Origin: Bdellovibrionota bacterium
GTDB lineage: Bacteria > Bdellovibrionota_C > UBA2361 > OMII01
Direction of reading: 5' to 3'
DNA length: 64,000 nucleotides
Assembly (NCBI GenBank): GCA_044356215.1
Contig: JBIKWQ010000004.1
Span: 3,748-67,747, forward strand
Below, piece by piece: positions 33,283 to 42,517 of this stretch. Made by a program: the position numbers and the translations under genes. How positions within the stretch are numbered: position 1 is the first letter of the stretch; every line of letters begins with the position of its first letter. The notes beneath the pieces were generated by a model that was not told where the DNA came from, did not search any database, and was given only the letters and a program-made list of their open reading frames with translations.

Positions 33283-35922
33283 CTACAGAAGCTCAGATTT
33301 TAAAGTCTGATAATCAGTTTTTCCACTACCCAAAACAGGCAAGCTCTTTATCTGGCGCGCTTCGCTGATATGCACAATAGGCGGGAACCCTGCGTTCTTT
33401 AGCGCCGCGTTAGCTCCCTCTACAGAGAGGCTACCGGCGATAAACGCCACAAGCTTAGGCCTTCCATCACCCTCGCTTCCTTGTGTTAAGACCGCCACAG
33501 AAGGTGCGCCATCTGGTGAGGGAACGAGCTTTTGCAGCGCCTCCTCTACGGCGCCAAGGCTAATCATCTCGCCAGCAATCTTTATAAAGCGCTTTAGTCG
33601 ACCGGTAATTACAAGTGAGCCATCCTTTATCAATCCAAGATCTCCAGAGTTGTACCAACGCTCATTTCGATGCTCAACGAATGGATCAATGGCGGGATCA
33701 AGATATCCGTGAAAGACATTTGGGCCTTTGATCAGAATCAGCCCCTGCTCGCCCGTCGCGACAGGCTCTCTGGTCTCAGGATGAACGATAGCTAGCTCTA
33801 CACCGCTTATAGGTCGACCGACCCCTATGCGTGGCTGACTTGGTCTGCCAACGCTCACAACTGGGCTGCACTCGGTTATGCCGTATCCCTCAAGAACCTG
33901 AGCATTAGGATTAATAGCCGCGACCTGCTCAAACAATTCAGTTGGGGCGCGTTCGGCTCCCGACACTAAGGCTCTTAAGGTTTGAAATTGCGTAGCCTCG
34001 CCTGAGCTTAAGATCGATCTCAGAAACGTTGGAGTTCCAGCGGCTATCGTAGCGCTCCAAGCGGAGATAGCTTTGGCTATCTTGCGGCTCTCGTTTGGAT
34101 TCGGATGATAAGCGACCTTGAGCCCTGTCATTAACGGTAAAAGGGTGCAGATCGTTAATCCAAAAGAGTGAAAGGGTGGGAGGAACCCCAGAAGCACATC
34201 GTCTTTTGAGATGCTGAAAGCTTCTAGCACTCCACTTACGTTAGACATGATATTACGGTGGGTCAGCGGCACACCCTTAGGCAGTGCCTCTGATCCGCTT
34301 GTGAATAGAACTACAGCAGGTGAGTCAGGGTCTAACTCTCGTAGCCCGAAAGCTTCTAGGATCTGCTCAGTTGATTCTCTGGCTAGACGCTTGCCAGATA
34401 TCTTGTCGCGCAAGCTTAAGTCTCGGGCGATATCCTCTAAGAGCACGAATCTATTGTCGAGAAAGTCTAGATCGGTAGGGATGAGATCTAGAAATGCTTC
34501 AGATGTGATGATCGCTGATAGTTCAGTGGCCTCGCAGGCGTGCAGGAGCGATCTCTTTCCAGCGGTCCAATTTAGGAATACCGGCGTTTTCCCTGCGAGG
34601 ATCGTAGCCATCGTCACAAGCGACCCGGCCGCTGATGCGGGAAGTAGCACTCCTATATGTGAGCCAGATAGTTGGCTGATGTAGCGAGCAAGGATGACGA
34701 CCTTAAGCTTTACTTCGTTCCAACGAACTACCCCGGCGCGTGGATCGGCGAGAGCCGGCTGCTTACCGAAGCGGCTGCATGCGATTAGAAATGCTTGAGC
34801 GATAGTTGAAGCCGATCTTAGCTCCGGTTCAGGGCGTGTCGCGCTCGCTTCGCTCCAGAACTGAGGGGCAATAATTTCAGATCTGGTGGTAGTTTGATTA
34901 AGCTCACCAGCGGCTGCGCGCATCAGGGAGCCAACAGTGAGCAATTCCGAGAGCTCTACATCGTGAACCTCAAACTCGCGATCTAACCAGATGAGTAACT
35001 CCGCGATTGAGAGTGAGTCGATCCCAAGGTCGTCTCCGAGGCGAGTATCCGGGCTAATGCTAGCAACAGGAACCTGCGCTACGTGAGCCACCCGCGCGAT
35101 AACCTTTTCGCGAATCTCATCGGGAACAGAATCAAGGGAGTGATTAGTGATAGCTCTTTCAGGTAGCTCTGGAACGCTACGATAGAGAAAGCTGTGTGAT
35201 ACAAGCACGGGAGCTTCGGGTTCTGGCGAGTTGTAGTGGGTCTCCAGGTATCTGTTGATCGCCAGAGGCTCCCCATCTTTAGGAAGATCTGTAGGATTAA
35301 AAGTTATCTCGATAGAGACCTGACGGCGGGGTGTAAACAGGAAGAGGTTCTGCAAGAGGATCCTAATTCCTCGCAAGCATGTTTTTCCGACATCAGGCGT
35401 AACGCCGCCGGTAGTCGCCTTAGAGAAGATACTTCCACAGAGGCCACGGATTTTTACCACAGCGACCTGCGCGTTCGGATAGCCTTTTAAGATCGTGTGC
35501 ACCCCTGATGTTCCACCTATCCGTTCTGGGCCACTGACTGATAAGCGACCAGATGGATAAACAAGTATGTTGTCACCGTACTCAAGTGATTGAACGATCT
35601 GGCCTAAAGCCCGCTCGATACGACGGCGTTTGTAGGGGCCAGAATCAAACTCCATATCCGCCATAGGGATAGCTCTGATACGCTTGAGCACCGGATTAAG
35701 AAAACGCAAACGATACATGCTTTCAAGCACAACCGGGCGAGGGCGGAGGGTCTCCCAAAGAAGGGTAGTGACGATAACTGGATCAATCTCGGCTGGGTGA
35801 TTAGGCAGGATTAATACGCCACGGGTCTTGGATACCTCTTCCAGCCCGGTAACGGTGATTTTGTAGCGGAGACTCAGTAAAAGCTTAAGTATTCGTGCTA
35901 ACATACTTCTGCTAGCTTTCAC
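33283..35922 (-). CDS. tri-domain Aas-like protein: lysophospholipid acyltransferase (PlsC-like) - acyl carrier protein domain - acyl-ACP/acyl-CoA synthetase (AMP-binding)
   Basis: HX4D motif NHPAEID plus YPSGRLS block; phosphopantetheine-site DLGIDSLS; AMP-binding motifs LFTSGSEALPKGV and GYGITE. Confidence 0.75.
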   Translation of the reverse strand: MKASRSMLARILKLLLSLRYKITVTGLEEVSKTRGVLILPNHPAEIDPVIVTTLLWETLRPRPVVLESMYRLRFLNPVLKRIRAIPMADMEFDSGPYKRRRIERALGQIVQSLEYGDNILVYPSGRLSVSGPERIGGTSGVHTILKGYPNAQVAVVKIRGLCGSIFSKATTGGVTPDVGKTCLRGIRILLQNLFLFTPRRQVSIEITFNPTDLPKDGEPLAINRYLETHYNSPEPEAPVLVSHSFLYRSVPELPERAITNHSLDSVPDEIREKVIARVAHVAQVPVASISPDTRLGDDLGIDSLSIAELLIWLDREFEVHDVELSELLTVGSLMRAAAGELNQTTTRSEIIAPQFWSEASATRPEPELRSASTIAQAFLIACSRFGKQPALADPRAGVVRWNEVKLKVVILARYISQLSGSHIGVLLPASAAGSLVTMATILAGKTPVFLNWTAGKRSLLHACEATELSAIITSEAFLDLIPTDLDFLDNRFVLLEDIARDLSLRDKISGKRLARESTEQILEAFGLRELDPDSPAVVLFTSGSEALPKGVPLTHRNIMSNVSGVLEAFSISKDDVLLGFLPPFHSFGLTICTLLPLMTGLKVAYHPNPNESRKIAKAISAWSATIAAGTPTFLRSILSSGEATQFQTLRALVSGAERAPTELFEQVAAINPNAQVLEGYGITECSPVVSVGRPSQPRIGVGRPISGVELAIVHPETREPVATGEQGLILIKGPNVFHGYLDPAIDPFVEHRNERWYNSGDLGLIKDGSLVITGRLKRFIKIAGEMISLGAVEEALQKLVPSPDGAPSVAVLTQGSEGDGRPKLVAFIAGSLSVEGANAALKNAGFPPIVHISEARQIKSLPVLGSGKTDYQTLKSELL

Positions 35923-36034
35923 TGATATGGCTGTTAATGCAAGTGAGAAGTGGGGGTTAGGTAGTATTGGGCTGTCTCGGCACTTTACGGGTCGCTAGGT
36001 CTTGGTGTAGCATCCCACGGAGTTTCTGCTTTAT

Positions 36035-36108
36035 GCGCCTTTAGCTCAGTTGGATAGAGCATCTGGCTTCGAACCAGAGGGTCGGGGGTTCGAGTCCCTC
36101 AGGGCGCG
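36035..36108 (+). tRNA. tRNA-Arg (anticodon UCG)
   Basis: Cloverleaf with 7-bp acceptor stem GCGCCTT/AGGGCGC; anticodon loop CTTCGAA; T-arm GGTTCGAGTCC; no encoded CCA. Confidence 0.85.
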
Positions 36109-36153
36109 TTTCTTCAATACTGTAGTTCCCCCTAATTTAATCGCGAGGGCACA

Positions 36154-37080
36154 ATGGCAAAGATCGTCGTCACCGGAGGTGCTGGTTTTATCGGCTCACA
36201 CATCGTTGACCGTCTTAAAACCGGGAATGAGGTACATGTTATCGACGACCTCTCAAGTGGATTGAAGCAGAACCTCTCCCCTGATGTTAAATTGCATGAG
36301 CTTGATATCCGATCAGAACAAGCTGCTGACCTGATCGCTAAGCTTGAGCCTGATTTCTTAGTACACGCTGCAGCGCAGATCTCGGTTCGTATAAGCATGG
36401 ATAAGCCAGCCGTTGATACAGACATCAACGTGACCGGACTCATAAATCTCCTTACTCCGCTGTGTCATACTAAAAATAAGGCGCATGTTGTGTTCCTCTC
36501 ATCAGGAGGAGCTTGTTATGGAGAGCAGGAAGTATTCCCAGCCCCTGAGGGTCATCCGATTAGACCGGAGAGTGTCTACGGATTATCTAAGAGAGTTGGC
36601 GAGATGTATCTTGAATTCTGGTCGCGCGTTTGGGGAATTAGCAGTACATCGCTGCGACTATCAAATGTCTATGGCCCACGTCAAAACCCTCATGGAGAAG
36701 CCGGTGTAGTGGCGATCTTCTGTGAGCGATTGTTGGCTGGCAAGGATATCGTAGTCAACGGCAGCGGTGAGCAGACTAGAGATTTTGTTTTTGTTGGCGA
36801 TGTCGCGGACGCTGTTTTTAAAGCTGTGGAGAAGCGCCCGGTTGGCGAGTTCAATATCGGAACAGGCCGAGAGACTTCAGTCATCTCTTTGGCGACAGAG
36901 CTTAGAGATCGCGCGTGCCCTACGGCCAAGATTGACTTCGCGCCGGCCAAAGCGGGTGAGCAGATGCGCAGCGTTATCGATAACACCCTTGCAGGAAAGT
37001 TCCTCTCATGGAGCCCTAAGGTGGATATGGCCGATGGATTGGCTCGCACCCTCGAATGGTACCGCGAAGGTAAGAGATAG
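36154..37080 (+). CDS. NAD-dependent epimerase/dehydratase (UDP-glucose 4-epimerase family)
   Basis: GGAGFIGSH Rossmann motif, YxxxK catalytic motif; 308 aa. Confidence 0.8.
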   Translation: MAKIVVTGGAGFIGSHIVDRLKTGNEVHVIDDLSSGLKQNLSPDVKLHELDIRSEQAADLIAKLEPDFLVHAAAQISVRISMDKPAVDTDINVTGLINLLTPLCHTKNKAHVVFLSSGGACYGEQEVFPAPEGHPIRPESVYGLSKRVGEMYLEFWSRVWGISSTSLRLSNVYGPRQNPHGEAGVVAIFCERLLAGKDIVVNGSGEQTRDFVFVGDVADAVFKAVEKRPVGEFNIGTGRETSVISLATELRDRACPTAKIDFAPAKAGEQMRSVIDNTLAGKFLSWSPKVDMADGLARTLEWYREGKR

Positions 37081-38200
37081 TCGTAGCCCGGATAATTTAA
37101 TAACTATATTCATCCCGAGTGTTCACGGAGGTGGAGCCGAGCGCGCCATGCTTGTGTTCGCCTCCGAATTACTTAATTTAGGTTTTAATGTAGATCTGGT
37201 TTTAGTTAGGTTAGAGGGACAGAACGTCAGTCGGATCCCCGGTGGAGCGCGCGTTGTTGATCTAGATTGTCGGCGGATGTTGACCGCGATCCCTAAATTA
37301 ATCAGATATCTTAAAAACCACCAACCGCGCGCTGTTTACTCTACCATCACTCACGCGAACATCGCGCTCGCTTTCGCTTCTAGATTCGCTCGAGTCTCAT
37401 ATCCGGTGGTTGTCAGACAAGCAAATGCGCCGATCTCGGAGACCAAAGATAGTATCGGACGGAAGATTGCCAGCCGAATGATTCCGCTGGCCTATGGTTA
37501 TGCATCAAGGATTATAGCGGTGTCTGATGGGGTGCGTGGGGAGCTAATAAAGCTATCAAGCGGCCTGGAAACGTTGATATCGGTTATTCCTACACCTGTG
37601 ATAAGCGAGCAGCTACTTGACGATGGTACTCGTACCCCAGAACATCCGTGGCTCATACAGCCGCAGCATGATCGAGATGTGCCAGTAATATTAAGCGCAG
37701 GGAGGCTTGAGCCACACAAGGGGATGCTCGACCTAATTCGCGCATTTAAGTCGGTTAGAGATAAAAGAGCGGCGAAGTTAATTATCCTTGGAGAGGGATC
37801 GCAACGGGGAGAGCTTATACGAGCGGCTGAGTCTTTAGGAGTAGGAGATGATGTTGACCTGGTGGGGTTTAAGAGTAATCCCTATGGTTACATGAATCAC
37901 GCTAACGTATTCGCGCTAGCTTCATGGTACGAGGGGCTACCGAATGTATTGATTCAAGCCTTAGCGTTTGGCACCCCAGTAGTAGCGACAGATTGTCCAA
38001 GTGGCCCGCGGGAGATCTTGGAGGATGGCAGATTAGGGAGATTAGTCAGAGTAGGGGATCTTACAGGTTTATCGGATGCTTTAAGTGACTCGTTAGTTTT
38101 ATCTAAGAGTAGTGAAGCAAGAGAGTCAATGCTAAAGCGATTTGGGGCTCGTGAGGCTACGCTTAGGTATTTGGGGGTGGGGTGTGAGACGGGAATTTAG
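37034..38200 (+). CDS. GT4-family glycosyltransferase
   Basis: N-terminal GGGAER motif and C-terminal EX7E-type motif (SWYEGLPNVLIQALAFGTPVVATD); start uncertain, ATG 37034 overlaps the epimerase 3' end. Confidence 0.7.
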   Translation: MDWLAPSNGTAKVRDSRSPDNLITIFIPSVHGGGAERAMLVFASELLNLGFNVDLVLVRLEGQNVSRIPGGARVVDLDCRRMLTAIPKLIRYLKNHQPRAVYSTITHANIALAFASRFARVSYPVVVRQANAPISETKDSIGRKIASRMIPLAYGYASRIIAVSDGVRGELIKLSSGLETLISVIPTPVISEQLLDDGTRTPEHPWLIQPQHDRDVPVILSAGRLEPHKGMLDLIRAFKSVRDKRAAKLIILGEGSQRGELIRAAESLGVGDDVDLVGFKSNPYGYMNHANVFALASWYEGLPNVLIQALAFGTPVVATDCPSGPREILEDGRLGRLVRVGDLTGLSDALSDSLVLSKSSEARESMLKRFGAREATLRYLGVGCETGI

Positions 38201-38205
38201 GACGG

Positions 38206-39282
38206 CTACGGGGGGGTGGGAGATGCGCCTCCTCCTGGTGCTTGTTGTCGCCGCGAATAGCGCTCTATTTCATGAAGGCGCGTGCTGGTCATAGGATGTG
38301 ATGAGAGATAGCTACTGAGACCACTTTCTTCACGTCCCTCCGAGATCTTCCTTAACGCCTTGTGAAGAGCCATCGGGTCACTCCCTTTCTTCGCCAGACT
38401 ATCAAGCGCAAAGCGATCAGCCTCTCGCTCATGATCTCGAGAGTTCTTCGAGTCGATTAAGTTGATAGCCAGAGCCTGGAATACACCCGGATCTCCCCCG
38501 AACAACAGGAGCGTAGCTATCGAAATCGCCGAGCCTCGTACCAGACTCTGAGTGCCGTGATCATAAAAAAGATGCCCCATCTCATGGGCCAAAACGGCTT
38601 CTAATTCCGAATCGTCGAGTGCCTTGACTAATTTATCGGTGGCGATGATGGTATTGGGAAGGAGTGCCAGCGCGTTCGTTACCTCTTTATCTCCGCGACC
38701 CATAAGACGGGTCATCACATTCGGCTCAAGTGGAAGCGCTATGGCGGTCTGGAGCCCTTGCACTAGCTTCTTCGGGCGCGCCTGTTGCTCATCGCTTAGG
38801 CTAGTTGGCATAAACAAAATTTTATCGAGAAGCCCTAGACCCTGGGAGCCTATTTCTCGTTTCATCGCGATCGGAATATGCGGTGCCATTTTTTTCGCGA
38901 TCAGCGGTAGTCCGTAGGTATACAAGGAGAACGACACACCAATGGCGAGCAGAACCACGCAGAGAGCCGAAAGAGGACGAGTCTCGATCGTCTCTATTAG
39001 TTGGGTTAGTCTTGAAACGCCAAAACCAAATGCTTTTTTTGAGCGCGAGTCGGTGGCTACATGGATCTCGGCGCCATTCTCGAAACGTAATACGATTGGC
39101 GAGTCGCCCACTGGTCGAATAGTCTTGTACTCTAGCGGCGAAATCCTGCTAGCTCCTTCGGAATTTGGATCCAGAATAAGATCGCCATTGTCCTCTCGGA
39201 ATAAAGTTCTCCGAATGGCTTTTGACGACACGCCATCAAAGAATAGTCCTTCGAACTTCTCAATGCCACCAGTCGTTTTCAC
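38206..39282 (-). CDS. M48-family zinc metallopeptidase with N-terminal soluble domain and one TM segment
   Basis: HEMGH zinc-binding motif, downstream glutamate (HEREAD), TM helix LSALCVVLLAIGVSFSLYTYGL. Confidence 0.75.
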   Translation of the reverse strand: MKTTGGIEKFEGLFFDGVSSKAIRRTLFREDNGDLILDPNSEGASRISPLEYKTIRPVGDSPIVLRFENGAEIHVATDSRSKKAFGFGVSRLTQLIETIETRPLSALCVVLLAIGVSFSLYTYGLPLIAKKMAPHIPIAMKREIGSQGLGLLDKILFMPTSLSDEQQARPKKLVQGLQTAIALPLEPNVMTRLMGRGDKEVTNALALLPNTIIATDKLVKALDDSELEAVLAHEMGHLFYDHGTQSLVRGSAISIATLLLFGGDPGVFQALAINLIDSKNSRDHEREADRFALDSLAKKGSDPMALHKALRKISEGREESGLSSYLSSHPMTSTRLHEIERYSRRQQAPGGGASPTPP

Positions 39283-39293
39283 AGGGCCTACCT

Positions 39294-40394
39294 TTAAAAG
39301 CCAAAATCTACATCAAGGTCGTACACATCCGCGGCCTGCTCGCCGACCGAACGGATCTCCGTGCGGGCTTGCCCTGCGAAATCATCGAGGTTCTTAGGGC
39401 CGACAACGGCAAGGTTATCAAGAATAAATCGCCTAACCCTAATAACACACCACGGGCGCGCAAAACCGAGTGTCGCCAAGAGTAGGAGGGTGTTTGTTAG
39501 CGATATAAAAAAGTAGCGCTTCATAGCGGGCAGACAGCTAATAACGCAGCTTCCAATTGTGGCGTTATCCCAGACACGACGGGCCACCCCGAGCCTCATA
39601 TAGCCCGGCACCCACGCTATGACAACTAAGCCAAATAAGCTAACTGAACTGGCGATTGCCATTCGAGGTAATTGAGCAAGCGAGATATGTCCAGACTTTA
39701 TCATCGCTGAGGAGATTCCGCTGGTAGCTATTCCGCATATTACGATTAACGCTCCCACTACGAATAGTAATGTGGCAACCGCGTATACTCGGTACATCTG
39801 TCCAAGCGTTATCGGCGTCTTGAAAGAAGTGACCCCGTATTTAAGATTATTAACAGCGTATCGCTTTGAAGACAGCCGCGCCCACGGGGCGAGTAGCCAT
39901 AAAGTCATAATAGCGACAACTTTTGGCAATACACATCTCGTGAACGCCTCTCCAGCGGTCCCAGCAAAGTGAAACGAAAGATTTCTATAGCTCGTGTAAC
40001 GAGCCCGGAATCGAAGCGCCGCGGAGATTACCCAAGGCCAGCCAAGCGCAAAAAGCGGAACAGCAATGAGGATCCAGAGCCAAGAGATAGCACGCGCCTT
40101 AGTTATCACAATTAGAGCGGCGAAGAGAATCAGGCGACCTTTAAATATCTTCCATGGGTCCGCCGTGTATTCAAATTGCACACCGGCCAGCTCGGTATGG
40201 CTCATTAGGTACCGCTCGCGTCGCACTTTCGCCCACGGGGAATAAAATCCTAGAGTAATAATCGTAAGAGCTACATTCACTATCCAGATGCTGAAATACT
40301 CGCGGGCCGAACCCGTGAATAAAAAAGAATGCTCAACTGACTCATCTGGAGCTGCACGAGAGGAAGGTGGCGGAGGTGATTGCGTGACTGTCAT
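39294..40394 (-). CDS. DUF898/YjgN-family polytopic membrane protein
   Basis: Multiple TM helices with YjgN-like repeated W/R-rich loops; immediately upstream of, and presumably co-transcribed with, the M48 peptidase gene. Confidence 0.55.
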   Translation of the reverse strand: MTVTQSPPPPSSRAAPDESVEHSFLFTGSAREYFSIWIVNVALTIITLGFYSPWAKVRRERYLMSHTELAGVQFEYTADPWKIFKGRLILFAALIVITKARAISWLWILIAVPLFALGWPWVISAALRFRARYTSYRNLSFHFAGTAGEAFTRCVLPKVVAIMTLWLLAPWARLSSKRYAVNNLKYGVTSFKTPITLGQMYRVYAVATLLFVVGALIVICGIATSGISSAMIKSGHISLAQLPRMAIASSVSLFGLVVIAWVPGYMRLGVARRVWDNATIGSCVISCLPAMKRYFFISLTNTLLLLATLGFARPWCVIRVRRFILDNLAVVGPKNLDDFAGQARTEIRSVGEQAADVYDLDVDFGF

Positions 40395-40479
40395 GTTTGG
40401 CTAGTACTAGTTGAAAATCAATTGATAACAAATGGTATCAGCAAACTATGATGTCGGTAAACCGGAGATGTAGCTGGCC

Positions 40480-40884
40480 TCACAATAAATCAACCGCGCC
40501 AGTTTTTCTTAGTGTCTCGTCAGCGGTAGCGAATACAAGTTTGTTCTCAAGAGCAGTAGCCACTAAGAAGCGATCGGCTGGATCGCCGTGATCAAAGTTA
40601 AGTCTTCGCGATCTGAGCGCGATTGGAAAGGTCAGCGGGGCCTCCTTAAGCGAAAATTCGGAGAGCGCTGATTTAATCCAAGAGGCGGGCGTTCCCTTTA
40701 CCGCTAATCTGCCTCTCTCTATCAGTAAGTGAGCCTCCCAGATTGAAACCGGACTAAGGAATAGCTCGTTGTCTGGATTGTCTAGCCCGACTTTTTGCTT
40801 CTTGTTTAATCGCTTGTCACCAAGCAGGTACCAGAGCCAAATGTGGGTATCGAGCAGGATCCTCACTTTATGAGCGCCTCCCAA
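40480..40884 (-). CDS. vapC: PIN-domain ribonuclease toxin (VapC-like)
   Basis: N-terminal LLDTHIWLW PIN signature with conserved acidic residues; overlaps the upstream antitoxin by 22 nt. Confidence 0.75.
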   Translation of the reverse strand: MGGAHKVRILLDTHIWLWYLLGDKRLNKKQKVGLDNPDNELFLSPVSIWEAHLLIERGRLAVKGTPASWIKSALSEFSLKEAPLTFPIALRSRRLNFDHGDPADRFLVATALENKLVFATADETLRKTGAVDLL

Positions 40885-41102
40885 TCGTTATCGGCAAGAG
40901 GGGAGACGAGGTCCCCGACTTTCCCGGATAGGGTGTCTTTTAAAGCGCCATATGAACTCTTCGAACGCTTGGAATCTGCTGGATAAACAACCGCCAATGG
41001 CTTTCCGTTCTTTAGGATCTCGATCGGCTCGCCAGTGGTCTTTACTCGCTCAAGAAGACGCAAACAGATAGCTTTGAACTCAGAGACGTTAATTTTTTCC
41101 AT
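40863..41102 (-). CDS. Phd/YefM-type antitoxin
   Basis: 79-aa protein with Phd/YefM-like N-terminus (INVSEFKA...LLERV...GEPIEI..NGKP.AVV). Confidence 0.65.
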   Translation of the reverse strand: MEKINVSEFKAICLRLLERVKTTGEPIEILKNGKPLAVVYPADSKRSKSSYGALKDTLSGKVGDLVSPLADNDWEALIK

Positions 41103-41113
41103 TCTTCTTTAAG

Positions 41114-41140
41114 TATAGTCAAATTATATGACTATAGTCA
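41114..41140. promoter_or_regulatory. Palindromic operator upstream of the antitoxin gene: TATAGTCA-N7-TGACTATA overlapping a second TATAGTCA
   Basis: Perfect 8-bp inverted repeat 12-39 bp upstream of the antitoxin start; contains TATAGT/TATAAT-like -10 hexamers. Confidence 0.6.
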
Positions 41141-42517
41141 ACTTGTATTCCTCCCCCCCAACAACACCCCAAGCATCAACAGAAACGGTCTCTGATCAAG
41201 AATATTATGACTAAAAAGCCCACCAACGGCGGCCACAATTATCAGAGCTACGCCGTTGCGGCAGCCTCGCTTCGCAAAAGTTACCATCGAGCAGATGAGG
41301 AACCCCAGGTAGGTTATTAATCCTAGCGCTCCGTTATTTATCCACTGCTGGAGATAGATATTGTGAGGCAGCTCAGACATCGTTCGTGAGAAGCCAGTTC
41401 CGTGACCGAGTAAGGGGGCCTCCTCAATAAGTTCGATCCCCTCAACTACGGCGTCTAAGCGAGTTCCAGCGGAGCCGTCATCAACCTGCTGGTTGTTTAG
41501 TAGTCGCACAAGACGGGACTTTCCCTGTGTGCTAGAGCTTAATTGAGCGAACGTGACAGCGAATCCAAGAGCTATCACCGCTGCTAGGCATATAATCACT
41601 ATCTCCGAGGCGATTCGGGAGCGGGATAATCCGGACTTAAAGAATCTGTAATAGATAGCTATTCCTAAGAGGGCCAAAAATACTACCAGTCCGCTACGCG
41701 ACATGGTCATGCAGACGGTAGAGAAAGTTAAGAGGAGCAGGATAAGGTTGAGCACCACGCTGGTTTGATTGGCCTTTGGCGTGACGCGACCTTTTGGCGT
41801 TCCTAGATCGATCGCTCCAGCGCAGACAATCACCGCTACAAGACTTGAAAAGTTAGCGTTCCCTGAGAATCCCGCTGGGCGATTCGTTATCGGAGCAAAT
41901 GTGCCTGGATGGAGGGTGTCGTACCAGACTGAGGAAGCGAGGAGCAGAAGGCTGCCCAAGGCCGAGAGCTTTACGGCGCTAGAGGTCGTGCTAAAGCGCC
42001 CCATGATCGCGGCGGATGCGGTAATACATAACCCGTATGGAATCAGCAGTATCCACTTAGCACCCTCGCTCCAGAACGCGCCGGGCAGAGCCGAGAGTAT
42101 CAGGGCTAATAGAGCCACCAATGAGAAGGGGACCAGAACCGTAGCATTCTGCCTAAAGACCGTGATTGGACCTTGAACGTAGCTATGGCGCAGGTGTTTA
42201 AGCGTTAATAGAAATATAAATGGAGTCAGCGATACAAGGCATAGGATAGTAGCGCCGGTCGGTAGTTTCCCACCGTGACCAAGAGCTTGGTCAGCGACAG
42301 AGAAGAATAGGATAAGTAGAGCGAAGGTATAGCTAAAAAGAAGAAGCGATCTAAGTGAACTAGTAGGTGATCTTGAGTGTATTGAGTGCATGAACTGCCA
42401 TTTGTAAGTTTCCGCGATAATCTCGTCATTTCCACCTGGATTCCAATGCGCTAGCGCATATCGGACTGAACGGTGTTGAGGGTAAGTTCGGTGCATTTGG
42501 CACTTTATGACGCACAC
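41138..42517 (-). CDS. O-antigen ligase/polymerase family protein (Wzy_C domain, WaaL/Wzy-like)
   Basis: ~10 TM helices and a C-terminal HNIYLQQWINNGALGLITYLGFL-type Wzy_C motif; true start probably internal to the ORF. Confidence 0.7.
   Translation of the reverse strand: MCVIKCQMHRTYPQHRSVRYALAHWNPGGNDEIIAETYKWQFMHSIHSRSPTSSLRSLLLFSYTFALLILFFSVADQALGHGGKLPTGATILCLVSLTPFIFLLTLKHLRHSYVQGPITVFRQNATVLVPFSLVALLALILSALPGAFWSEGAKWILLIPYGLCITASAAIMGRFSTTSSAVKLSALGSLLLLASSVWYDTLHPGTFAPITNRPAGFSGNANFSSLVAVIVCAGAIDLGTPKGRVTPKANQTSVVLNLILLLLTFSTVCMTMSRSGLVVFLALLGIAIYYRFFKSGLSRSRIASEIVIICLAAVIALGFAVTFAQLSSSTQGKSRLVRLLNNQQVDDGSAGTRLDAVVEGIELIEEAPLLGHGTGFSRTMSELPHNIYLQQWINNGALGLITYLGFLICSMVTFAKRGCRNGVALIIVAAVGGLFSHNILDQRPFLLMLGVLLGGRNTS

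Noticed and set aside
36050-36265. 71-aa ORF overlapping tRNA-Arg
   Set aside because: Starts inside the tRNA gene and runs into the epimerase start region; tRNA structure is clearly the real feature.
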